64,000 nt of DNA, from the NCBI GenBank assembly GCA_951406725.2, contig OX597822.1, positions 60,946,001 through 61,010,000 on the forward strand, in the 5' to 3' direction. Of this stretch, positions 13,912 to 27,074 are shown in pieces. The stretch is from Octopus vulgaris (lineage: Eukaryota). How positions within the stretch are numbered: position 1 is the stretch's first letter; every line of letters starts with the position of its first letter. The notes below the pieces were generated by a model. That model did not search any database. It worked only from the letters and a program-made list of their open reading frames with translations, and was not told the DNA's origin. Position numbers and translations under genes: made by a program.

Positions 13912-13999
13912 GCGGCTGAAGAAGGCTATTGACATACATATTACATCAATTATGCATTGATATAAACTGTCTAATAAAAGCCAGAAACATATGTACCGC
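13912..13999 (+). ncRNA. Type-I hammerhead ribozyme with extended stem II
   Basis: GCGG-CUGAAGA-A-GGCU...AGCC-A-GAAAC-AUAU-GUA|CCGC; stem I GCGG/CCGC; predicted cleavage after 13995. Confidence 0.8.
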
Positions 14000-14104
14000 T
14001 AAATCCTTTGCATCATGTTTTTCTTTTGATAAATATACTCTATCACCTACACCACTAACTGGCATATACAGGTGCTTACAATTATCAAGTATTCACCCTG
14101 AATT

Positions 14105-14141
<37 letters not shown>

Positions 14142-14432
14142 AAACAAGTAATACTATATTTGAATCATCCTTATAGATGGCCTAGTGCTCATTCTGCATG
14201 CTAATATAGGCTGGATACATCCTTCATACAAGATCTCACTACATTTTCTCATCTCAGGACGCTCAGAGCCCTGACTTTGATTGCATTACTATCCATGAAC
14301 TTTCTCAATAAATGGGAATTTAAATAAAGCTGATTTACTCTTAAATTATTATGCTATACGTTTATGAAGAGCATACAAGTAAAAGTTTTACTGACACAAT
14401 CATATATACAAATACATATACACATATACATA

Positions 14433-15692
14433 CAAGGGGGTACCCAAGAGAAACCGGAATTTTGCAATATTATTTTATTCCCTTAGCTTTATATGTTTAC
14501 ACTTTTATTCCCTTCCAAGTATTCTCCATTTGAAGCAATGCATCAGTCCAGATACGTTTTCCACTGTTCAAAGCAGTCCTGGAATCTTGCGAAGTGATGC
14601 CTTTTAACACCACCATCGTTTTTCTTCACCTTTTCCACAGCTGCAAACTGTTTCCATTTGAGGGAACAAAAAAAAAGTGACAGGGAGCAAGATCAGGTGA
14701 ATAGGGAGGGCAGGTAAGCAGAGTCATGCCATCTTTGGTCAAAAACTGTCTCTCACTCAAGGAGGTGTGTGCTGGTACTTTGTGATGAAACCACCACTCT
14801 CCACTTTGTCACTGGTTGGGACATTTTTGCCTCGCTGCATCTCATGCTTCAGAACTACCAAGTAAAATGTCTGGTTAACAGTTTGACCAGGAGGAGCAAA
14901 TTCTGGGTGGACAATCCCTGTCACATTGATGAAACAAATCAGCATCATCTTGACACTGGACTTCATTTGACACACTTTTGGGGGGCATGGTGAATTTGAA
15001 TGCTTCCATTGACTTGATTGCTGCTTCGTTTCTGGGTTGCAGCCATAGCAGCAGCTTTTGTCAACGGTGATGACCTCCAAAAACAAGGTTTGGATCCACT
15101 TTCAACTGTTCTTTCAGTTTGTGACATGCATTTAATCATGACTGCTTTTGATCTGTGAGCAAGTGAGGCACAAATTTTGTTGCAACGCTTTTCATTTGCA
15201 ATTCCTCACTCAAAATTCATTGGCAGGAGCTCTAGGACACCAGTCATATCAACGAGTTTGGCAACTGTTCTCCAAGATCAATTCATGAATTTTCGTGATG
15301 TTTTCATTTGTTCATACAGGCACCCTGTATGAGGTTGGTTTTCAAGCAACAAGTGACCATTCCTAAAGTGTGAAAATCACTCATAAATGTTTTGCTCCTG
15401 GCAGTGTCTTTGTAAGCTGTTTGAAGCATGACAGCTGTTTTGGTCACTGTTTTCCCCAGGAGAAAACAGAAGCATGCTGTTCCTTCATTTAGACAGCCAT
15501 CACAAAGATCAGCAGACAGGAGAAGCACTGCAAAAAAAGATGCACCACGTCACAGTATGACTTCACCTGATGCTGCTAGTTGGCAGACTAATACCCAAGG
15601 GTCACATCAGATGGCTTCTAGTGGTGGAAACCTGACCTACAATGGGCTTGTCCTACGGAGAACATTTCTGGTTACTTTTGGGTACCTTCTTG
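14433..15692 (-). mobile_element. Full-length degenerate mariner transposon
   Basis: TIRs caagggggtacccaagagaaaccggaat and atttctggttacttttgggtaccttcttg with TA flanks; ~1.26 kb; transposase remnants ITVDKSCCYGCNPETKQQSSQW (cf. ITGDETW.Y.YDPETKQQS.QW) and GQTVNQTFY. Confidence 0.9.
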
Positions 15693-15709
15693 TATGTGTG
15701 TTTGTGTAC

Positions 15710-15965
15710 TCTCTATTCTTTAATTCGTTTCAGTCATTTGACTGCGGCCATGCTGGAGCACCACCTTTAGTTGAACAAATCAACCCCAGGACTTATGCTT
15801 TGTAAGCCTAGTACTTATTCTATCAGTCTCTTTTGCCGAACCACTAAGTTACAGAGATGTAAACACACCAGCATTGGTTGTCAAGCGATGCTGGGGGGGA
15901 CACAGACACACAAAAATATACAAACACATACATATATATATATATACATATATATGTGTGTGTGT
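15710..15965 (-). mobile_element. SINE family A, 3' portion
   Basis: tttcagtcatttgactgcggccatgctggagcaccacc... identical in pattern to the copies at 52925 and 55480. Confidence 0.85.
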
Positions 15966-16340
15966 GCATGCAATTAGCTAAGAGCTCATTCTTTTTAGTT
16001 AAGTTAATACTGGTTAGTAAGATTTCTACAGCTTTCTATATGCACAAACACCTTCATGTCTTTGATCCCCATATCATTTCACTGTGCTTAAAACATCCCA
16101 ACCAATTTTAGATTTGACATTCCATAGTTATTTTGGCAATGGCATTGAATGTTTTTAATTTGGCATGAGAAGATTGCTTGTGCAAAGAATATCTGATTTA
16201 AAAAAAGTTGGATGTAAATCTTGTATATTACTTAATTCCAATTTTTCTGAGAAGGTACTCTTTAACAGGACATTCATTAGCCAGTTTATAATTACACCTA
16301 GTTCTAGTATTTTTCATATTAAGCTGGCTATTAGTTTCAG

Positions 16341-16578
16341 TGTGAAGGTGCATGGCTTAATGGTTAGGGTGTCAGCATCATGATTGTAAAGATTGTGATT
16401 TTGATTCCTGAACCAGGCGATGTGTTGTGTTCTTGAGCAAAACACTTCAATTCACGTTGCTCTAGTCCACTCAGCTGGCAAAAAGGAGTAACGCTGGGGA
16501 ACACATACGCCATTGAAACCAGGAAACCGGGCTCATGAGCCTGGCTAGGCTTTAAAAGGGCCCATTTATTTTATTATT
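16341..16578 (+). mobile_element. tRNA-derived SINE (family C)
   Basis: A-box-like tggcttaatggttag; TSD tattagttt(c/t)ag at 16329-16340 and 16579-16590; paralog at 54498-54756. Confidence 0.85.
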
Positions 16579-18170
16579 TATTAGTTTTAGCATACTTCAT
16601 ATTAAACTAACTATTGCTAGACAATATCTGACATGAGATGGCTGAAGTAGAGTATTCAGCCTTTGATGTCATTAAACAACCAATCCCAATTTGTCAGGAT
16701 TCACAGCACAGGTTTTACTATTCATCTTTTTGGTTACTGAAAACATGGTTTTCAAGACCTTCGTTTGGGTTATTTTTCTGTGTCACAATATCAATCTTGT
16801 ATGCCAATCTGTCACAAGGTTACCCATGGGTTGGAGCAACATAAAAGGAAGTGTTTTGCTAAAGAACACAATGCACAGTTAGTCTGGGAAGCGAAACCAT
16901 GATCTTTTGATCACGAGTGCAACACCCTAACCATTAAACCATGTGCCTTCACAAGGTGCATAAATAAGGTATTTTTACCTATACTAGATAAAGTGGGTGT
17001 TATTATATATCTTAGTTATTAATACTAGACTTGTGGCTTTTGTAACTGTTATTAGCTTGATTAGTTTACCTTACCAGCATCTATACCTCTTGTTTTAAAT
17101 GAACGAGTTCTAAACTCATTGTTTCCATTTATGTTATTCTTCATATTTGATGTAAACGCTTATTATTATTATTATTCTTATCCTTACTACCTCTGTGAGC
17201 AAAAAAAAAAAAAAAAAGAGAGAGAGAGAAAGATTAGAAAGTAGTTTGAGGCCTCACTGGAAGTGTATTGATAACACAATTCTGGAAATTTATGAAACTT
17301 CAAATCTTTTTGAAAATTTGGGTGTCTGGAGCTGAATTTCTATTTTTTTCACTTTTCAGGCCCAAAACATGAAAATTGATATAATTTGAGTCAAATGACA
17401 ATTGGAAGCATTCATTGAAAGTGTATTGATCAGACAATTATGACAAGGACTGTAGAGGATATCACTGAGCTACACTACAGGACAATTACTTTAGGTTACT
17501 TTTTAGCTCACTTTTCTACTTGATGTTGATTAAAGATTCTTTACAATAAATTATTTTGTACATACTTAACATTGTAAATGTAATTTTTCAAAATTCTGAC
17601 TATTTTAATAATAATAAAACCATACTTCATTTATGTCTTAGTAAATAATAATAAGGAACCAATTATAAACAAAATAATGATTAAAATAAGCGAGTATATC
17701 ACACAAGTTTAGCAACCGCGAGTTTTGCAACGTCAAAAACCTAAAATGTCGCTTAAAGTAATCACCCTTGAAGTTGCAGATCACGCGCTAAACTAGCGCC
17801 AAAGAAAGTTATAAGATAACTAATTCAGTGAAAGACACTGATTTATAGCCATGCATATTCGACGTTCTACTCTTTCAACCAGTCCCCTACTCATTCTTAA
17901 CTGAATAATAATGATGCCGGCGACATCATTATTCGTTTAAGCGACATATAAGAGAGCGATTGAAAACGAAAAAAAATGAAGTCGGGATTGTACAAAAATA
18001 ACCTAATCTACATTAGTGAACTTTGCATTCCGACGACAAACTTGTCGGACAAGTTTAGACAACTAGACATGTTAAATAATTGTTTTTATTTTCGCTGATA
18101 CTGACATTTTCTTAAGTACAGAGAATAATCAAAGCGATTCTATGATATGCAAGGTACACAGTCTATTTCT

Positions 18171-18586
18171 TATTTCTTTACTGCCCACAAGGGACTACAC
18201 ATAGAGGGGACAAACCAGGTCAGACAAACGGATTAAGTCGATTATATCGACTCCAGTGCGCCACTGGTATTTACTTAATCGACCCCGAAAGGATGAAAGG
18301 CAAAGTCGACCTCGGCGGGATTAGAACTCAGAACGTAACGGCAGACGAAATACCTATTTCTTTACTACCTACAAGGGGCTAAACACAGAGAGGACAAACA
18401 CGGACAGACAAACGGATTAAGTCGATTATATCGACCCCAGTGCGTAACCGTTACTTAATTTATCAACCTCGAAAGGATGAAAGGCAAATCGACCTCGGCG
18501 GAATCTAAACTCAGAACGTAACGGCAGACGAAATACGGCTACGCATTTCGCCCGGCGTGCTAACGATTCTTCCAGCTCGACGCCTT
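18171..18586 (-). mobile_element. Head-to-tail dimeric SINE (family B, with gcctttcatcctttcggggtcgat central domain)
   Basis: One full monomer plus a 5'-truncated second monomer, inside a single 20-bp TSD aaggtacaca(g/c)tctatttct (18151-18170, 18587-18606). Confidence 0.9.
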
Positions 18587-19894
18587 AAGGTACACACTCT
18601 ATTTCTGCCAAACTAACTACTCGAAGTTATATGAAGAATTATCTTATTCACATGAACATATGTCTTCAGTGAATTTGACTCCAAGGTTTATTAGCTTAAT
18701 TAGAAATGCCTCAACAACTCTACTTTTTTGAATCACAATTCCTCGCTACCTGTCCAGTTACGAGGTTTTCATTCTATTATATTTTACTTAACTTAGTATT
18801 TCTTTTCAGTGTTTCTACGTATACCGTATCAAACTGAAACAGTTTTAACTGACACTGAGAAGAAATCTGTACATATTCTTTAGGTTTATTAGAAATTGCA
18901 TCTCGAGTTAAGATGCACGAAGACATTGCACACTCCTCGCTTGCAATGTCTTCATGTATCTAACAGGAAAAGCTTCCGTTTACTCTTTTTTTTTCTCACC
19001 TTACTAAATATAACTACGATGAAATTAAACCTAGTGGGTATTAAGAGGTGTGGATTATCTTAAATGCGGTACAAAAAGAAAAAGCTACATATTTAAGTGA
19101 TGGAAGGAAGGATTTGAAGACATGGTATCGGCCATTATCTGCAAGTCGAGCAAACGTCTCCAAATACTAACGCAAAGAGTTACCTACCTTATACTGATAG
19201 TGCAGCTAGAGTTGTGTCAGCTAGAGTTGTGTCCCCTTGAATATAACTGCAAAAAAGAAATGCATGATATAGCTTAACTTCTTAGTATTCAATCCGGCCT
19301 TATCCGATCCAAATATTCCGTCAGTTTTTTGTTCAAACTGGCCAAATCTAGCTTTTCACGCCAACTCTACATTGTCAATCTAAAAACAAACAGTCCATAT
19401 TATTGAAATCTCAAAATAATTATCGAGTCGTTTTTATTAATTCAGATTTGTTGATCGTGTATCTGATCCCATTTTCTTAAGTTTATATTTCTCTTTCTCC
19501 TCTATAAACCTACATATAATTTTCAATAATATAACCCTTTGATAATTTTAAAACGCGCTCTCCTGGTTATCTAAATTTATTTAATACCTTAATTGTCAAA
19601 TTAAATTTCACGCTTATTCCAGTAATGGTGTTTATTATCTACCAAGAAATATAATTGGTATTTTCTGCAAGTCATGCTGCTTCAATAACCGTGGCATACC
19701 TCAACAAAAAATAGTTTCAAACGTGGCATTAGTATATAAAACTGCTTTCCATTGTTAAGAGTAATGAAATTTTGAGTGGATATATGTGATTTCCACTGGT
19801 AAGGATGTTTTGTTATCATGGTTTGGTTGCTAATTATAGAAATTGTAAATTACATAATTGTCTGACTCCTGTCGGACCAGAGCAGGACATTTAC

Positions 19895-20065
19895 ATGCAA
19901 AAATGATACAGACAAGTTCTTTTCTATATTTTTTTTCATAGGTAATTTGACTTTCTTAAAGTATCAAGAGAATGTAACAGACAATATTAGAATTTATTAT
20001 GCATACTTTGGACATGTCATTGGTGACAAAGACAAAATATGGATGGCATGTATAGGTTGCAATCT
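19895..20065 (+). mobile_element. Chapaev-like transposase N-terminal relic
   Basis: Translates ...GNLTFLKYQENVTDNIRIYYAYFGHVIGDKDKIW, resembling the YxAYFG..xGDQDKxW motif recalled from Chapaev3 transposases. Confidence 0.5.
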
Positions 20066-20289
20066 TCATGAGATATTATATACTATAAAAAATTCTTAGG
20101 GATTTGCTGTGTTCCTTACCAAAATCATTCCAATGAAACATGAATCTCAGATCTTGCTCTCTCTCTCTCTCCCTTCTAGGATATGTTCTAATCTTTTGAA
20201 ACATACTACATGAGTGTGTACCATTCCAAAGAAGGCTCACCCCCTCTGGTCTTGCCAATTATTTTCTTATCAGGCTCACATTCATGACA

Positions 20290-20600
20290 CAAATTATGAA
20301 TATCGCTCTGTTTGACAAGATCAAGATTGAAGAAATCCTTTGATATACTGGTCTGCCTCCTATGATGGAAAACATCATTGAGAGAAATTTATGTTAATTG
20401 GAACACATACACAGGACAGACAACAGCAGACTTCCCAGATAATTCCTTTTTTCCCCCAACTATGTAAGGGGAAATGAAACCATGGAAGACTTAGGCAGAG
20501 ATATTCAAAGCAACTGCAGAAAAAAATATGAAGTGGAAAGGAATTGATCATAATGAATGGCAAACTCAAGCAAAAAACTGACCAGTATGGAGAAAGCTTA
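20290..20600 (+). mobile_element. Old RTE LINE C-terminal fragment
   Basis: Disrupted translation EEIL..GLP...IERNL..LEHIHRTDNSRLPR...HGRL resembles the RTE ORF2 C-terminus. Confidence 0.55.
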
Positions 20601-21095
20601 TTGAGTCATGCCAAAGCCATGAAGTCATAGTTGCAATGACTGCAGATCAAATGACAGGCTAGGCTCACTTACAACAGTCCATATGTGATAGAAACTTATT
20701 AATAGTAACCTTCTCCGATACCTTGAATCCCTCTGCAGATTTTTAACTATTAGTATCATACAGATAAAGTCAAATTTATTGGAAAGCTACTCTTCTATCT
20801 CACTCACTTGTGGGCCCTCAATCTTATGAGGTTTAGTGAAAACAATGTTGTTGCACTTAACTCTTGGTCCCAACAAAACATTTGCCGTTTGCTTGCAATT
20901 CAATTCAAAACTGCACACACTCGTTATAGGGGTTCTCTGAATCTGTCTCTTTCTACTCCACTAAGCTCAACACCACATATACATATATACCAGCTACAAA
21001 AGAATCCCCTGTCAAAACTGCCTGCTTATGACTTCCATATATCCCTCATCTCTTGTATTGGTGTCTTTCTATAAGGAAACACCATTGTGTACGTA

Positions 21096-21126
<31 letters not shown>

Positions 21127-21480
21127 ACGTGCACACACATACACATGCATCTGTCTTTATATTTGACCCACATCCACGCACACACTATTTCAGAACAGGA
21201 TTTGTTTTGTTTACTACCCCATAATGTAGAAGTTGGGCAAAAGAGACCTTTAGAATAAGTAGTAGACTTAAATAAGTACAAGGGGTGATTTCTTTGACTA
21301 AACCCTTCAAGTTGTTGTTCCAGCATGGCTACACTCCAATAAATGAAACAAGCATAAGAGTAAGCCAGTACAAAGTGCATTTAAATTAAATAAGTTCACT
21401 CAATTTTGTCTTTGGTTATTCTGAAAACTAAACATTTATTGGAAATATTAGCAGTGAACAAAATATATATGTCAGTTCAT

Positions 21481-21484
<4 letters not shown>

Positions 21485-21521
<37 letters not shown>

Positions 21522-21737
21522 ACTCTGTAAAATTCCACTCACACATTCATCTTTATACATTTCCACCCTCTTTATTTCTTAAAGTAATCCAATACTATTT
21601 TCTGTCTGTCTCTGTCTCTCTCTGTCTGTCTCACTCTCTTTCTTTACACACATACATACATACATACATACGTACATACAATCAAAATAGGCATTAAAGT
21701 TGTAGATTTACATTTGTTAAATGACAAAGGATTTGTC

Positions 21738-21772
<35 letters not shown>

Positions 21773-21941
21773 TACATACACAGATATACGTATATATGTA
21801 CATACATACATGCAACATTGATGCATGCATACACCTATGCATGCATACACTCATGCATGCATTCATGTAAGCACGCATTCATGCATGAATGCATGTATGC
21901 ATGCATACATACATACATACATACATACATACATACATACA

Positions 21942-21973
<32 letters not shown>

Positions 21974-21990
21974 CTCACACACACACATAG
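21485..21990. repeat. Microsatellite cluster (TA)n, (CA)n, (CATA)n, (CATG)n
   Basis: Visible in the sequence. Confidence 0.95.
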
Positions 21991-22529
21991 TAGAGCACCT
22001 GATCACTATATACAATAAGTTCATTATTTTTTTTAAAACATTCAAGAATACTGGAGAGAAAACGGATAACATAAAGAGAGTTGAAGAGGGTGGGTAATGC
22101 TTATATCATTTTCAATTTATAAAATGAAACACAACTACATGAATAAATGTATGCACATGTGTGTTTGTATGTTTAAATACATGCATGTATCCTCCTTCCC
22201 ATATATATATATGTATGTAACAATAAGATATTTCTGTGTGTAGGTTACCAGGGTAGTAATTCAGTACTGAGTTGATTTGGATCAAATGAAAGAAAATTTA
22301 TTGTGATTTTAATTGAAAAATATTTCTTTATCATTAACAAAGTATGGTGTGTTACTGCTATGAACAACGGAGCAGGTATATGAACAGTTGCTGGCTTTGG
22401 GCCAAAAAAAAAATACAGGGATCAGTTAATTATGATTTTATTCAACATATTCCACTTTCAAATTCGCACACTTATTGCAGCAATCCTTCAGTTTTTCTAA
22501 GTCCTGTAAAAAAAAACTCAAAAGGTTGA

Positions 22530-22785
22530 GAAGACCTGTCAAGTCAAGTGAGATCGTAGTTGCAGCCAATGCTGGTGTTTCATAACTGGCACCCATGCGG
22601 GTGGCATATAAAAAGCACCCACTACATTCTTGGAGTGGCTGATGTTAGGAAGGGCATCTAGTTGTAGAAACCATGCCAAATCAGATTGGAATCTGGTGCA
22701 ACTCCCAAGCTTACCACTTTTCAGTCACACAGTCCAACCCATGCCAGCATTGAAAACTGATGTTAAATGATATTAATGATGATAA
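22530..22785 (+). mobile_element. Old RTE 3'-tail fragment
   Basis: aaaagcacccactaca...aggaagggcatc...gtccaacccatgccagcat..., homologous to the 3' UTR of the PHD-RTE family. Confidence 0.75.
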
Positions 22786-23365
22786 TATGTGTGTGTGTGT
22801 ATACACACAAGTGAATAATAATTTATATAACTCTGTATAAACGTTTGTATGTGGACAGACAAACAGACAGATAGATAGATATGCAACCCTAACCCTAACC
22901 AAGTACTTGACTGGTACTTTATTTTATCAACCCTGAAAGGATGAAAGCAATATCTGAACTCAAAATGTAAAGAAGCAGAAGAAGCCGCTAAGATTTTATC
23001 CAATGTCCCAATGACCCTACCATCTCACCCCTTTTTGGCAAACAATCCTTTTTTACCAAAGGTACAGGGCCTAAAATTTGTGGGGAGGGTGCTAGTTGAT
23101 TACATTGACCTCAGTGCTCAACTGATACTTATTTTATCGACCCCAAAAAGGATGAAGGACAAAGTTGACCTCGGCGGATTTTGAACTCAGAATGTAAAGC
23201 TGAAAGAATTTCTACAAAGCAGTTTGCTTGGCACTCTAATGATTCTGCCAGCTTGCTGTAAATAATAAATAATGATTTGAAAGGTTTAAGTAGAATAAAT
23301 AAATAAATAATAAGCTTTTAAAAATTGACAAGAAATGTGAGCAGAAAAGAGAAGAGAGATATATT

Positions 23366-23590
23366 TATTTCTTTATTGCCTACAAGGGGCTAAACACAGA
23401 GGGGACAAACAAAGGGATTAAGTCGATTGCATTGACCCCAGTGCGTAACTGGTACTTAATTAATTGACCCCGAAAGGATGAAAGGTAAAGTCGACCTTGG
23501 CAAAATTCAAACTCAGAATGTAACAACAGACGAAATACTGCTAAGCATTTCACCCAGCGTGCTAACATTTCTGTCAGCTCGTCGCCTTAT
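23366..23590 (-). mobile_element. SINE family B monomer
   Basis: TSD gaagagagatatatt at 23351-23365 and 23591-23605. Confidence 0.9.
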
Positions 23591-23844
23591 GAAGAGAGAT
23601 ATATTAGAACAAAAAAGAGAGGAGTGGAGAGAGAGAGAATGATATATAAAGGAAATAAAAACTGAAATTCACACTTAAGTGGGGAGTTAAAAGTTAGTAA
23701 AGGTTTTACCAATAAAGGGATTTAATAGTTGTGATGTAATGGTGATAACATTAATAACAGCAATAGCAATGGTAGTAGTTGTAGTGGTAAGTTTTCTAAT
23801 TGTGCTATACACACAATAATATATATACATGTATATATTTTTTT

Positions 23845-24196
23845 CTTTCTATTCGTTTCAGTTGTCCGGCTGTGGCCATGCTGGAGCAGTGCCTCTTAGT
23901 CAAAGAAATCGATCACAGGACTTATTCTTTGCAAGCCTGATACTTACTCTATCGGTCTCTTTTTGCCGAACCAGTAAGTTATGAGGACGTAAACTCACCA
24001 ACATCAGTTGTCAAGTGATGGTGGAGGGGACAAACACACACACACACACACACACACATACAATGGGCTTCTTTCAGTTTCCGTCTACCAGATCCACTCA
24101 CAAGGCTATAGTAGAAGACACTTGACCAAGGTGCCACTGAACCTGGAACCATGTGGTTGGTAAGCAAGCTTCTTACCACACAGCCACTCCAGTGCC
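23845..24196 (-). mobile_element. SINE family A
   Basis: Matches the 52925-53352 copy; internal (CA)n. Confidence 0.85.
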
Positions 24197-24206
24197 TATA
24201 TATATA

Positions 24207-24518
24207 TGTGGAGGCGCAATGGCCCAGTGGTTATGGCAGCGGACTCGTGGTCGTAGGATCACGGTTTCAATTCCCAGAGCAGGCATTGTGAGTGTTTATT
24301 GAGCGAAAACACCTAAAACTCCACGAGGCTCTGGCAGGGGGTGGTGGCAATCCCTGTTGTACTCTTTCGCCGCAACTTTCTCTCACTCTTTCTTTTGTAG
24401 GCCTGCTCACTTAGCCAGCAGGATGGTGTCATTTGAAGGCTAAAACAATGCGAAGTGCATTGTGACCAGCTGTGTGTAGCAACATCTGATAGCCTGGTTG
24501 GTCATGTGATCACGTGAT
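24207..24518 (+). mobile_element. tRNA-derived SINE (family D)
   Basis: Head ggaggcgcaatggcccagtggtta... with B-box-like ggtttcaattccc; non-coding body ending gtgatcacgtgat. Confidence 0.65.
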
Positions 24519-24519
24519 A

Positions 24520-25009
24520 TCATTGACAGAGCGGCTAACCGGCTTCCGTGCCAGTGGCACTCAAAGGGCTCCATTCGAGCGTGATCATTACCAACGTTGC
24601 CTTACTGGCACTTGTGCCTGTGCTAGTAGGGTGCCAAGAGCACCATCCAAGCGTAATCATTGCCAGAGCAACCAACTGGCTTCTGTGCCAGTGGCACGTA
24701 AAAGGGCACCATTCGAGCGTGATCGTTACCGAAGTCACCTTACTGGCACCTGTGCAGGGGGCATGTGTAAAAGGATTCGAGCAAGGTTGTTGCCAGTACC
24801 GCCTGACTGACCCCCGTGCCGGTGGCACATAAAAAGCACCCACTACACTCTCAGAGTGGTTGGCATTAGGAAGGGCATCCAGCTGTAGAAACTCTGTCAA
24901 ATCAACCTTGGAGCCTGGTGCAGCCATCTGGTTCGCCAGCCCTCAGTCAAAATCGTCCAACCCATGCTAGCATGGAAAGCAGACGTTAAACGATGATGAT
25001 GATGATGAT
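24520..25009 (+). mobile_element. RTE 3'-UTR/tail with ~60-bp repeats and (GAT)n
   Basis: Repeated gtggcac.taaaa..cacc units, conserved tail, (GAT)n running into (TA)n. Confidence 0.85.
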
Positions 25010-25067
25010 ATATATATATGTATGTATGTATATATACAAGTATGTATTTATATGTACTTATATACAT

Positions 25068-25098
<31 letters not shown>

Positions 25099-26019
25099 CA
25101 TGCAGAGAAAGTGAGAGAGAGGGAGAGATAAAGAAAGAGCAAGAAGCGTTTTAAGGCCATTGTTCCTGCTAATTCAACAGTTAAACTTGTGTGTCTTATA
25201 TAATGCTAGCTGACAAGCATTATCTACAGTTCCGGCTGATAGTGAGCAACCAGAACAAGGTGCATCATTAATTGAACCTATTCTGCCTGACTTGCTACAC
25301 AGTATGTCTGTCCTCGCTCCTCTTGGTATATCACTCCTAAACTGCATTCCCCATTATATTGAATTAAAGTAAAATATCAAAGTAAATATTTAGGCTTGAC
25401 AAGCAATACACATTCTGCAGAACTGTGATGTAACTGATATTTCTGAAATGAAATAAAGCACTGATAAGTTTTGTTTATCTAGCTATATTTTAAATTAGGA
25501 CAGTGAATTAGGAGAATCATTAGTGCTGGACAAGATGTCAGCTGGTGTCTGAGTTCAAATCCTATTGAGGTTAACATTGCTTTTCATCCTTCCAGAATTG
25601 ATAAAATAAATTACCAGAACAGTACAGTGGTTGAATGAATCCATTCAAAATCGGTGGCCTTGTTTCTAAAATTAGAAATCTGGTTAGTTATTAGAAACGC
25701 TATTTTACTTGTAACTGTATACAACTATTATCACTATTATTATTCAAAAGCTATGTCTAGTATTTCAACTAAGTTTCTTTGGTATTTAGGGTAAGAAATC
25801 TCTTAAGAAAATTCACGAGACTTTTATAATGGACATCTAGGTTAGCACACAGTTCAACATTGTAAAAGAGTGTAAATAAATTGTACTAAAAATGAAAGTA
25901 AAATACAATAAAAACTAGAAGTAATGACAGAAATATCCCAACATTTCATAAAAATGTTTGATATTTGACATGCTGACTTCCTATTTGGGTCTCGGCAACC
26001 TCTGAACTCATGAAGTTGT

Positions 26020-26516
26020 CATGCTGTGACTGCAAAGACCCGACAAATGAAATGAGTTCATGGCTCGCAGGACAACCTGCTATGCTAACCTTGGATCGTA
26101 GAGTGACCCGCTGTGTCTGAGGAGACCTACTGAGTCAAGTATGTCAACACCAACATCAAAATAAAAATCAAATGGAAATTGTAGTTAAGATACCTGTACC
26201 GGTGACATGTAAAAAGCACCATCCAAACGTGGCTGATGCCAGTGCCGCCTGACTGGCTTCCATGTCGGTGACACATAAACAGCACCATCCGATTGTGGCC
26301 GTTTGCCAGCCTCCTCTTGCCTTTGTGCCGGTGGCATGTAAAAAGCACCCACTACACTCACGGAGTGGTTGGCATTAGGAAGGGCATCCAGCTGTAGAAA
26401 CACTGCCAGATCAGACTGGAGCCTGGCGCAGTCTTCTGGCTTCCCAGACCCTGGTCGAACTGTCCAACCCATGCTAGCATGGAAAACAGACGTTAAACGA
26501 TGATGATGATGATGAT
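26020..26516 (+). mobile_element. RTE 3' end
   Basis: Last ORF2 codons (HAVTAKTRQ), 3' UTR repeats and (GAT)n tail. Confidence 0.85.
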
Positions 26517-27074
26517 TATATATTATATATATATGTGCTATACATTACTTATGTCATATACATTGCTTACATGAAATTATGGGATGTCACTGTTGTCACC
26601 ACCAGTTTTATTGCAATTTACTTTAATTTTTTTAGGACAATTTACTTTTACTGTTTTTTTAAAGATGGTAAACTGTGTGTTGACTTGTCTCTAATGGGAC
26701 CATACAAGTGAATGAGTAATACAAAAAAGCTATTGATAAAACTGTTGGAAAATAGAGGAGTGAATTCATTCATAAAAGAAAAAAAATTTTAAATGTTATC
26801 ACAAGATCACAAATTTATGAGATTTACTACCTACTTGTTATCAAAGAGGTTGAAGCAAATAAAAAGATTACAATTATTTTCTTTCAAAATTAACTTTCAC
26901 TCTCACAGAAGTGCCAATTTGACTACAGTTTCTAGTAGATTGAGTGACCATGTAGGAGCTCTCACATAGACTCATGCTAATTGTTGCTTTAACAAAGTGT
27001 GTTGTATAAAATGTGATGACTGTTTTAATGATTTTTTTTGAAATACTTCAAGTTTACTATATATATCTTGTATC

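Larger units (their letters stand above)
11726..14110 (+). mobile_element. Non-coding Penelope-like element A with ~150-bp inverted termini, each containing a hammerhead
   Basis: 11726-11874 is the reverse complement of 13872-14022. An ~90-nt unpaired tail runs to 14110. The interior is T-rich and (TA/TG)-like with no credible ORF; (TA)n on both flanks. Confidence 0.8.

Noticed and set aside
24207-24280. Possible tRNA genes (also ~16345, ~53290-53350, ~54690-54755)
   Set aside because: A/B-box-like heads without a complete cloverleaf or acceptor stem, followed by SINE bodies and often TSDs.
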